Shown here: positions 38,334 to 47,044 of the stretch, piece after piece | Position numbering within the stretch: the first letter of the stretch is position 1 | Layout: each line of letters opens with the position of its first letter | DNA from: Bacteroidales bacterium | GTDB lineage: Bacteria > Bacteroidota > Bacteroidia > Bacteroidales > JAFGHD01 | Length of the DNA stretch: 63,643 nt | Assembly: GCA_016927695.1 (NCBI GenBank) | Contig: JAFGME010000037.1 | Coordinates: forward strand, 1 to 63,643 | Reading direction: 5' to 3' | Program-made: the position numbers and the translations under genes | Notes under the pieces: model-generated | Databases searched by the model: none | Seen by the model: only the letters and a program-made list of their open reading frames with translations | Told to the model about the DNA's origin: nothing

Positions 38334-40844
38334 ATGATTCTTTTCAAATCCCCATATTTCCCGGTCTTCTTCATGATCATCTTTTCTCTCCTTTTTTGGC
38401 AAAAATCTACGGCCCAGAATAATGATAAAAGGTTAATGAACGCTTCAAGGACAACAGCGCCCCCAAAAATCGATGGTGAACTGAACGATGAGGCCTGGGC
38501 AACAGCCGAAGCCGCTACCGGTTTTGTACAATACCAGCCCTACAACGGAAAAGCAGCCTCCCTTCCGACCGAAGTAAAAATTGTATACGATGATTATGCC
38601 TTTTATGTGGGCGCTCTTCTTTATGACCCGCAACCCGACAGCATTTATACCGAACTCAGTGTAAGAGACGAGATCAACATCGCAGATTATTTCGGGGTGT
38701 ACTTTGATCCTTTCAACGATTTCATCACTGCATACGGATTTATAGTCACTGCGGCAGGTGTACAGGTTGACCTGAAATCGGTTGAGGGTTCCGGAGAGGA
38801 TGAAAGCTGGAATGCTGTTTGGAAAAGCGAAATTAAAATCACCGACACGGGGTGGGTGGCTGAGCTTGAGATACCCCATTCCGCTTTACGATTCCCAAAA
38901 ACCGGCAGGGAGCAGGTATGGGGTCTTCAGTTTTTCAGGCAGATTATGCGCTACCGTGAAACAGACACATGGAACTTTATTGACCGCAATGCAGACGGAT
39001 TGAACAACCAGGCCGGCCGGCTCACCGGGATTCACGATTTAGATCCCCCCCTGAGATTGTCCGTTGTGCCTTATCTTTCAGGATATGTGGAAAAAAACCC
39101 GGAACTTGACCACTGGAGCGCCTTTAGCAATTATGGCCTTGACTTGAAGTACGGCATCAGCGAAAGCTTTACATTAGATATGACCCTTGTGCCCGACTTC
39201 GGCCAGGTACAGTCCGATGATATCATATATAACCTCTCGCCTTTTGAAGTGTATTATGATGAAAAACGACCCTTTTTCATGGAGGGCACCGAGTTATTTG
39301 ACCGGGGAAACGTGTTCTACAGCCGGCGCATCGGCGCTACTCCCTCGGGGTACGATGCAACTGAAGACAGCCTGCTTCCCAACGAAATCATCATTGACAA
39401 TCCTTTATCCTCCCAATTGATCAACGCCACCAAAATTTCGGGAAAGACAAAAAAAGGACTGGGTATCGGGTTGTTCAACGCTATGACTTCCAATACTTTT
39501 GCAGAAATACAGGACACCCTAACGGGAGCATCAAGGAAAGTCACCACAGAACCTTTCTCCAATTACAATATGATAGTCATTGACCGGTCACTCAGGAATA
39601 ATTCATTTGTCAGCGCTTATAATACCAATGTTTACAAACCGGAAAATGAATACTCAGCCAATGTTTCGGGAACAGAATTCAAAATCACCGATAAAAAAAA
39701 CACCTATTCTGTTTTCGGAATAGGCTCTGTTAGTCAGCATTACGACAAGGGTGAAAAACCGGGGTTCGGGCATAAGTACTTATTGTCGGCCGGAAAAATA
39801 AGCGGCAGGTTTATCTATGAGCTGGAGCACAGTGCGGCTTCCGACACTTACGATCCGAACGAAATGGGTTATCTTTCGAAAAACAACGAATTTGAAAACC
39901 TGTTGTATCTCGCTTATAACCAATATGAACCACATGGTAAACTGCTGGAATGGACCAATGAACTGGAAATCTCCTGGGATTTTCTTTATCATCCCCGGAA
40001 GTTTACCTGGTTCAGCATAGATTATGACACCCGGGCCACCAATAAAAACCATCTTACGGTCTGGTTCAACAGTGAGCTGAAACCGGTAAACTCTTACGAT
40101 TATTACGAACCCAGGGTGTGGGGTTATTACTACACTGCTCCCCCCTCCTTATCTATGATGGCAGGCTATTCACCCGATTACAGAAAAAAATTCCTCATCG
40201 ACCTCCGTGCCGGCTACTTTTACTCAGGGCATTACCGTGAAGAGAAGTACTCCTTCAACATTAGTCCGAGGTTCAGAGCCGGCGACAAGCTCATGATCAT
40301 CCACCGCTTCGATTACAGTTACAACAGGGATGATATGGGGTATGTAACAGACACCACCGGAAATGACGGCGCACAGGCAATCATCTTTGGTAGAAGGAAC
40401 CTCGAGTTGTTCACCAACACCCTTACGGCAGAATACAAATTCACCCCCAGATCAGCTCTTTCACTCAGGATCAGGCATTACTGGATCACGGGAAAGTATC
40501 TTGAATTCTACGACCTGTTAACTGATGGATATCTGAAATCCAACCAATACCGGCAGGGAGACGACTTCAGCTACAATGCATTTAACATCGATCTGTTTTA
40601 TCAATGGAATTTTGCGCCCGGGAGCGAAATCAATCTTGTATGGAAAAACTCAATACATCATCTGGATGAAACCCCGGTATTTCCTGACGGTTTTTCCTCA
40701 AAAGCAGACATTCCTGCAAACTTTATTGACAATTTCCGGAATACAATCAACACCCCTTCCGCCAACAGCTTTTCAGTCAAAATATTGTATTATCTTGACT
40801 ACATGTACCTTAAGAAACTTCACAAAAAACCTTCAGAATCCTGA
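38334..40844 (+). CDS. CBM9-like plus DUF5916 outer-membrane protein
   Basis: PKIDGELNDEAW, WNAVWKS, GLDLKYGI, PDFGQVQSD, EKRPFFMEG, FYSRRIG. Confidence 0.85.
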   Translation: MILFKSPYFPVFFMIIFSLLFWQKSTAQNNDKRLMNASRTTAPPKIDGELNDEAWATAEAATGFVQYQPYNGKAASLPTEVKIVYDDYAFYVGALLYDPQPDSIYTELSVRDEINIADYFGVYFDPFNDFITAYGFIVTAAGVQVDLKSVEGSGEDESWNAVWKSEIKITDTGWVAELEIPHSALRFPKTGREQVWGLQFFRQIMRYRETDTWNFIDRNADGLNNQAGRLTGIHDLDPPLRLSVVPYLSGYVEKNPELDHWSAFSNYGLDLKYGISESFTLDMTLVPDFGQVQSDDIIYNLSPFEVYYDEKRPFFMEGTELFDRGNVFYSRRIGATPSGYDATEDSLLPNEIIIDNPLSSQLINATKISGKTKKGLGIGLFNAMTSNTFAEIQDTLTGASRKVTTEPFSNYNMIVIDRSLRNNSFVSAYNTNVYKPENEYSANVSGTEFKITDKKNTYSVFGIGSVSQHYDKGEKPGFGHKYLLSAGKISGRFIYELEHSAASDTYDPNEMGYLSKNNEFENLLYLAYNQYEPHGKLLEWTNELEISWDFLYHPRKFTWFSIDYDTRATNKNHLTVWFNSELKPVNSYDYYEPRVWGYYYTAPPSLSMMAGYSPDYRKKFLIDLRAGYFYSGHYREEKYSFNISPRFRAGDKLMIIHRFDYSYNRDDMGYVTDTTGNDGAQAIIFGRRNLELFTNTLTAEYKFTPRSALSLRIRHYWITGKYLEFYDLLTDGYLKSNQYRQGDDFSYNAFNIDLFYQWNFAPGSEINLVWKNSIHHLDETPVFPDGFSSKADIPANFIDNFRNTINTPSANSFSVKILYYLDYMYLKKLHKKPSES

Positions 40845-41768
40845 GATCATCTTTAAGGCAAAGCTTTCCGGAATGTAGTTCTCCCATCCCAAACACACAT
40901 GCGATCCGAACGCAGCAGCGGTTTCCAGGATGGATCGCCAGGTTTTTTCATTGGTTTGAGCGAGCTCTGCACGATGAATGTTTTTTAGGTACAGCTTATA
41001 CAGTATCCCTGCATTGAAGCTGTCACCGGCCCCGATGGTGTTAACTGCCTGAATGCCCGGTACATCCATGTTTATATTCAGGCGGTTGCTCAACAAAGTG
41101 ACCTGGCCACTACCCCGGGTATAGATCAATACCTTATTTCCTTCCCGGGACATTTTCCGGAAAACATCTTCAGCCGAAGCTGCGCCGAATATCAGACGGA
41201 AATCTTCGTCCGATCCTCTCACAATATCCGAAAAATATATATTTTCTTCAATGAAGGGCAATGACCGGTTCAAATCATCCAGATGTGCTTTTCTGAAGTT
41301 GGGATCGTACATCACAAGGCAGTTCTTTTTTAAAGCTTCACGGATGCAGATCAAAGTAAGCTTGCGGGAATCAGGGGCCAATGAAAAAAAAGATCCGAAA
41401 TGGAAATAGTCAACCCCCTCTGAGAAGGCAGGCACAATAAGTTGCCTTTCAGAAGGATACATCTTATAAAAAGTATAAGAGGCATCGCGTTTCTCGTCAA
41501 TGAACGCCAACGCCAGGGCTGTTTTTCCCGAGTCGTACATCCTGAGATAATCCGTGGAAACACGGTTTTCTGCCAGAAAGTCCTGCACCCTCCGGCCCAA
41601 AAAATCATCAGAAACTTCTGATACAAGGTGCACCGGCAGTTTAAGTCGTCCCAGGCTCACGGCAGTGTTGAGGCACGACCCGCCCGGAAGGGCCGACACC
41701 GCATTTCCCTTGTCGAAAACAATATCAAACACTGTTTCTCCCAGGCAAAATATGGCAGCTTTTTTCAT
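40833..41768 (-). CDS. PfkB family carbohydrate kinase (fructokinase-like)
   Basis: GETVFD, PGGSCLNTA, YDPNFR, NTIGAGDSFNAG; start moved to ATG 41768. Confidence 0.9.
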   Translation of the reverse strand: MKKAAIFCLGETVFDIVFDKGNAVSALPGGSCLNTAVSLGRLKLPVHLVSEVSDDFLGRRVQDFLAENRVSTDYLRMYDSGKTALALAFIDEKRDASYTFYKMYPSERQLIVPAFSEGVDYFHFGSFFSLAPDSRKLTLICIREALKKNCLVMYDPNFRKAHLDDLNRSLPFIEENIYFSDIVRGSDEDFRLIFGAASAEDVFRKMSREGNKVLIYTRGSGQVTLLSNRLNINMDVPGIQAVNTIGAGDSFNAGILYKLYLKNIHRAELAQTNEKTWRSILETAAAFGSHVCLGWENYIPESFALKMISGF

Positions 41769-41887
41769 TTTCCTGTCATTATGAAATAAAGGTAAAGATT
41801 TTATTTCAATGCCACCCAAATTCACTAATTTTACGTGCTGCAGGAAGGAAGGCGGGATGGCCGTTTTTTTTACAGGCCGGCAAAACA

Positions 41888-42700
41888 ATGACAATGGGAC
41901 GGGAAAAAATCACCAGCACAAAGAATCCTGGAATCAGAAACCTTATAAGGTTACAGAAAAACAGGAACAGGAAAAAGGAAATGCTCTTCGTGGTAGAAGG
42001 TATGAGGGAGATACTCATGGCTCTCGAAGCGGGATTCATGGTAAATAGCCTTTTTTTCTGTCCTGATCTCTCAGGGGAGGCGTTACCGGAGCCCCTCCAC
42101 ACTGTTTTAAGTAAGCATGAGAAAGTTTTTGAAATATCCCAGGAGGTTTTCAGGGTCATTGCTTACAGGGAAAACCGCGAGGGATTGATTGCCGTGTTCA
42201 GGGCAGATAACCGGGGGCTCAGCACGATCAGTCTCCAGCCTCAGTCCATGGTTGTCGTTCTTGAAACCGTCGAAAAACCGGGCAACCTGGGAGCCATTGT
42301 GCGGACAGCAGAAGCAGCCGGCTGCGATGCCCTGCTGGTCTGCAATCCCCAAACAGACATCTACAACCCCAATGTCATCCGTTCAAGTCTGGGCTGCATC
42401 TTCAGGATGCCGGTGGTGGCATGCTCCAATGAAGAGGCGCTGGAATGGCTGAGAAATAACGACTTCCGTATTACCGCAACCTGGCTGGAAGCCTGCAAAT
42501 CCATCTTCAGCGCCGATATGCTGGGGAATATCGCCGTCGTGATGGGCTCTGAAGCGGATGGAATCTCTGATTTCTGGATACAAAACAGCGATGTAAAAGT
42601 GATCATTCCCATGTATGGAAGGGTGAACTCGCTGAATGTCTCAGCTGCCACCGCCATGGTCATCTACGAATGTCTGCGGCAAAGAAACAGCCTTTTGTAA
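41888..42700 (+). CDS. TrmH/SpoU family RNA methyltransferase
   Basis: EKPGNLGAIVRTA, GSEADG, IPMYGRVNSLNVS. Confidence 0.93.
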   Translation: MTMGREKITSTKNPGIRNLIRLQKNRNRKKEMLFVVEGMREILMALEAGFMVNSLFFCPDLSGEALPEPLHTVLSKHEKVFEISQEVFRVIAYRENREGLIAVFRADNRGLSTISLQPQSMVVVLETVEKPGNLGAIVRTAEAAGCDALLVCNPQTDIYNPNVIRSSLGCIFRMPVVACSNEEALEWLRNNDFRITATWLEACKSIFSADMLGNIAVVMGSEADGISDFWIQNSDVKVIIPMYGRVNSLNVSAATAMVIYECLRQRNSLL

Positions 42701-42764
42701 CAGGAGTTAAATTTCAGCATAATTCCGGGATAATCTGTATTTTTGGTTGTTTTATTGAGCATTT

Positions 42765-44360
42765 ATGGCAAAAAAAAATAACAATGTAAGGAAAAACGGA
42801 TTGTCAGGATGGATTTTAGGGGGTATCCTCATGTTCACTGTCATCCTGTTCTCCAACTCCCTTACCAACGAGGTTCTTTATGGCTGGGACGACGGAGAAT
42901 ATCTTGCCAGTGAAAGCGTTCAGCAGTTCAGGGTGGGCGATTTCTTCTCCGGCTATTACCTGGGCATGTATCAGCCGCTCGGAGTATTGAGCCTGTCAGT
43001 CAATTATCTGATCTCCGGCGAGAAACCGGCTCCTTATCATCTTGTAAATCTTCTGATTCACCTGATCAACGTTATTCTGGTGTTTTACCTGATGCAGATA
43101 CTCACCCCGCGAATGGAGATCACCGGCCTTGTAACCCTGCTTTTTGCCATTCACCCCATGCATGTGGAAGCTGTTTCGTGGATTGCCACCCGGAGCAACG
43201 GCCTGTATTCTGCCTTTTATCTTGCGGCGCTGATCTTTTATCATCGATACCAGGAAAAAAAAACAGGCAAGGCCTACCTGCTTTGCCTAAGTGCATTTCT
43301 TTTGTCGCTCTTTTCAAAATCCATGGCTGTGACCCTGCCCCTGATCCTTCTGCTGATGGACTATTACCGTGAAAACACCCTCACCCGGCGTAATCTTTTG
43401 GAAAAAATCCCCTTTTTTGTGCTTTCCCTGCTTTTTGGTATCATTGCCGTTGACGCTTCCTCCGACTTCGGTCACATCAGCAACCTGGAGGTGGAGTATT
43501 CCTTTGCCGACAGGTTTTTCCTGCTTTCTTACGCCCTGGTTTTTTACATTTACAAAGCCATTGTTCCGGTCAACCTCTCGGCAGTGTATGCTTTTCCTGA
43601 AAAAACCGCGGCAGGCTGGCTTCCGGCGGAATATTATTTTTCTGCGCTTGCGCTTGCAGGTATAATACTGTTGCTCCTGGCGATCAGAAAGAGAAAAAAA
43701 GAAGTCGTTTTCGGAGCGCTGTTTTTCCTCCTTTCCATCTCGGTGGCATTGCCTGTGGTGTGGAACAGGATGCTGATGCTGGCCGACAGATACACTTACG
43801 TACCTTATACAGGATTATTTTTTGCCCTCGCTTTCGGGCTTACCGAACTGTTATCATCAAAAAAACCCTTTGCCCGCCAAATTAAAATGCCGGTGATGCT
43901 GGCAGGGGTAGCCCTGATTTTGTGGTACTCCATCACCACTTTTCAGCGAAACCTGATATGGAAAGATGCCATGACCCTGACCTCTGACATCATTGACAAA
44001 GAGAGGTCCGACATCGATGTGGCCATCGGGTATTTCTTCAGGGGCAACATACGCGACAGGATGAACGACATGGAGGGAGCGCTGAAAGATTTCAGCAGGG
44101 CCATCGAACTCAATCCCGGGTACACACTTGCCTATAACAACAGAGGCATCATTTTGGGGATAAAAGGGAATCTTGAGGAGGCGCTCGACGACTTCAATAA
44201 AGCCGTGAAACTGGAACCCGATTACAGGGATGCATATTATAACCGTGGGAATGTTAAGTATTACCTGAACTGGAAACAGGAGGCCTGCCTTGATTGGCAG
44301 AAAGCGGCCGCCTTAGGCTCAGAACAAGCCGAAAAAATCAGGAGTAAATATTGCAATTGA
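42765..44360 (+). CDS. TMTC-like GT-C membrane glycosyltransferase with C-terminal TPRs
   Basis: WDD in the first loop, YHLVNLLIH, LFAIHPMHVEAVSWI, LFSKSMA, ADRYTY, RNLIW, TPRs. Confidence 0.82.
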   Translation: MAKKNNNVRKNGLSGWILGGILMFTVILFSNSLTNEVLYGWDDGEYLASESVQQFRVGDFFSGYYLGMYQPLGVLSLSVNYLISGEKPAPYHLVNLLIHLINVILVFYLMQILTPRMEITGLVTLLFAIHPMHVEAVSWIATRSNGLYSAFYLAALIFYHRYQEKKTGKAYLLCLSAFLLSLFSKSMAVTLPLILLLMDYYRENTLTRRNLLEKIPFFVLSLLFGIIAVDASSDFGHISNLEVEYSFADRFFLLSYALVFYIYKAIVPVNLSAVYAFPEKTAAGWLPAEYYFSALALAGIILLLLAIRKRKKEVVFGALFFLLSISVALPVVWNRMLMLADRYTYVPYTGLFFALAFGLTELLSSKKPFARQIKMPVMLAGVALILWYSITTFQRNLIWKDAMTLTSDIIDKERSDIDVAIGYFFRGNIRDRMNDMEGALKDFSRAIELNPGYTLAYNNRGIILGIKGNLEEALDDFNKAVKLEPDYRDAYYNRGNVKYYLNWKQEACLDWQKAAALGSEQAEKIRSKYCN

Positions 44361-44385
44361 TCGTAATTTTGTAAAAAACAGGAAA

Positions 44386-45519
44386 ATGAAAATTTTGATG
44401 CTTATCACCACCGTCACTTTGACCTTCAGCCTCCGGCTGCCGGATGTTTCGGGGCAAAACCTGCAATATCCGGTGGATGTGTTGTACTATGAACCCGGGC
44501 AAACTTATTTCGTATCAAACTGGAATCAGGAAGGCGCCGGAAAGATATTCCGGGCAGACGGGGCCGGAAACATCACCGGCATTTTTTACACTTATCTCAA
44601 GTATCCCGGCGGTATGGCAATAGTCGGGGATGTGCTTTATGTTACCAATAATTACGACATCATCAACTACAACAAACCCTCCTACCTTGTGGGGATCGAC
44701 CTCAACTCCGGCCAGCAGGTACTGAACAGGCTCATCGATGCCGACCAGTGCTACTTAGACCTGATGGATACCGACGGCACAAATCTGTATTTCGGAAACA
44801 GCGTTAAGGATGTAATTTATAAATACAACATACAGGAAAATGATCTTACCGAACTTGTCCAGGCCAGCCAGCCCTTTGGACTTTGCTACGATTACATTCA
44901 CGGCCGCGTGGTTTATTTTGAAAGCGATTTTGTAACCTCAGTGATCAAATCGGTGAAGCCCGACGGAACAGACAAAAAAACGCTGTTGAACAATTTCAGC
45001 GGCTATCTGGAGGGGATCATCATGGACCACAACGGAAGGTTCTACTATTCGAGCTGGGGCGACGATTACGAATGGGGCAACGAGAGAGTCTATTCCAACA
45101 ATTCCACCTTCAGCAACCAGGTGATTGTTTCCACCGGCCACAACCGCCCTTTCGGAATGTGCATTATGCCGGAAAAAAAACTTTACGTCTGCAACTGGGG
45201 AGGCAATTCCTTCAGCTTCCCTGACATTTCAGAGTACCTGCCTGTAAATGAGAGTTCTCCTGCCCCGGAAAACTCACTCCTCCTCTCTCCCAATCCCTGC
45301 GAAGGGAAAAGCAGTGCGGTTTTTTCAGGGATGGCAGGCGTTGCAGGTGAACTGACTCTGACCGACCTCAGGGGAAGGGTTTTGTTCAATACGAGTGTCA
45401 ATATTCTGAGGGATGATTTCAGCGTTGATCTTGACCTGGCCTCACTCTCCGGAGGAATGTATTTCGTTACATTTCACGGTGTAAGTGTCCGGTTATCTCA
45501 AAAACTCATCATACAATAA
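44386..45519 (+). CDS. T9SS-secreted beta-propeller-like protein
   Basis: Signal peptide; NHL/YVTN-like repeats; CTD LSPNP...TDLRGR...LSGGMYFV...QKLIIQ. Confidence 0.8.
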   Translation: MKILMLITTVTLTFSLRLPDVSGQNLQYPVDVLYYEPGQTYFVSNWNQEGAGKIFRADGAGNITGIFYTYLKYPGGMAIVGDVLYVTNNYDIINYNKPSYLVGIDLNSGQQVLNRLIDADQCYLDLMDTDGTNLYFGNSVKDVIYKYNIQENDLTELVQASQPFGLCYDYIHGRVVYFESDFVTSVIKSVKPDGTDKKTLLNNFSGYLEGIIMDHNGRFYYSSWGDDYEWGNERVYSNNSTFSNQVIVSTGHNRPFGMCIMPEKKLYVCNWGGNSFSFPDISEYLPVNESSPAPENSLLLSPNPCEGKSSAVFSGMAGVAGELTLTDLRGRVLFNTSVNILRDDFSVDLDLASLSGGMYFVTFHGVSVRLSQKLIIQ

Positions 45520-45547
45520 TACTTAAACACATTCAAACAGAAGGATT

Positions 45548-46192
45548 ATGCTGCACGATATATTGCTGATACAGGATAAGCATCTGAAAGCCGGCGGGAA
45601 AATCATTGAAGAGGTACTCCGGAGAAAAAAGGACAAATTCATTCTTGGTATTTCAGGCGAGTCGGGCTCCGGCAAATCGGAGCTTGCCTTTGTAGTCGCC
45701 AAAGGACTCAGAAAGCATGGCATCTTCGCCAAGCCGCTGCACACCGACAATTACTATATGACCCATCCCCTGGAAAGACGTGACTGGAGGGCAAGGCATG
45801 GTATCGAAAACGTGGTGGGCTACAACGAATACGACTGGGATGCTATCCGGAAAAATATTCATGATTTCAAACATGGGAATAAATCGGAGATGCCCTGCGT
45901 GGATTTGGTCACCGAGCAGGTAGATCTCCTCATCACCGACTTCTCCGTTGTGGATATGCTAATCGTGGACGGACTTTACGCCATCAAAGCAGAAATGATC
46001 GATCTCAGGGTATTCATCGAACTGACGTATCTTGAAACCAAGGAAAAACATACCAAAGACGCCCGCGGCAAAGAGGTGATGGATGAAGTACGATGGGCCA
46101 CCCTGGCGCAGGAGCATAAAATGGTGCAGAGCCTTAAACCCCTCGCCGACCTTTTGGTGACGAAGGAGTATGAGGTGAAGGTTGCAAAATAA
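45548..46192 (+). CDS. Uridine kinase-like P-loop kinase
   Basis: GISGESGSGKS, HTDNYY, LIVDGLY. Confidence 0.8.
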   Translation: MLHDILLIQDKHLKAGGKIIEEVLRRKKDKFILGISGESGSGKSELAFVVAKGLRKHGIFAKPLHTDNYYMTHPLERRDWRARHGIENVVGYNEYDWDAIRKNIHDFKHGNKSEMPCVDLVTEQVDLLITDFSVVDMLIVDGLYAIKAEMIDLRVFIELTYLETKEKHTKDARGKEVMDEVRWATLAQEHKMVQSLKPLADLLVTKEYEVKVAK

Positions 46193-46742
46193 TTTTATTC
46201 AAAGTCCTATTTATCTCATCCATGTCAAAATACCCGGGGTCAAAATCAGTACCCAGCCATTCCAGATAGTTCTCATATTCTTCATGGTCCGGCTGTTTCA
46301 GTATCTCCAGCATTTCAGCGTAACCCCACACCCCGCCGCAGTCTTCAGGGGGGCAATTCATTTTTCCCCCGGTACATACGGGATGTTTAAAATCCTTATC
46401 TGCCGGAAGTATCTTTTCAAGCAGGATTTCGTGCATCCAGCTGTCGCCGAAATCGTACTCATAGATAATTTTTTCTTTTTCAACCTTCAGCAGGTCGGCC
46501 ACACGAAGCTTTTTCTTTTTATAATCGACATTGATCTCATCTTCCCACCAGTCGTCATCCGGATATTTTATACCATAAAAAATCCCCTCTTTTACAAACT
46601 GGTGCAAATGGGCATCTTCCCATCCCATTGCAATCTGAATGATGTTATGGAAGTCCTTTAAGAAATTGTCAGAAGGGATAAGCAACCTTCTCCATATTGC
46701 AGGATTCGAGCCGTTCAATGAAATCTTGATCTGATAAATCAT
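46134..46742 (-). CDS. Plasmid pRiA4b ORF-3 family protein
   Basis: YQIKISL...IWRRLLIP...IIQIAMGWEDAHLHQF, YEYDFGDSW, CPPEDCGGVWGY. Confidence 0.9.
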   Translation of the reverse strand: MIYQIKISLNGSNPAIWRRLLIPSDNFLKDFHNIIQIAMGWEDAHLHQFVKEGIFYGIKYPDDDWWEDEINVDYKKKKLRVADLLKVEKEKIIYEYDFGDSWMHEILLEKILPADKDFKHPVCTGGKMNCPPEDCGGVWGYAEMLEILKQPDHEEYENYLEWLGTDFDPGYFDMDEINRTLNKIILQPSPHTPSSPKGRRGV

Positions 46743-47044
46743 TTTCTATATTTTAAAATTATTCGATTACACTCAATGTTTTTTCCTGTAATACAAAGCT
46801 TTACCTCTAATCGTCCCCCACATCTTATGTGTCACTTCTGCAACAAAAATAACAACTTATTCTACCGATGCGCAAGTGACTAATGAAATATTTTCTAACC
46901 CTGCAGATTATTATTTTGCCTTCTGACTATGAAAAATTTATCCTTCAAGTTGGTTCCATCGAATCTTTTAATTTTTTATTCTTCCATTATTCTTTTTGTT
47001 TTCTTGTGTTTCCGGCAAATAGAATGTGATTTGTTCGAAAGTAA

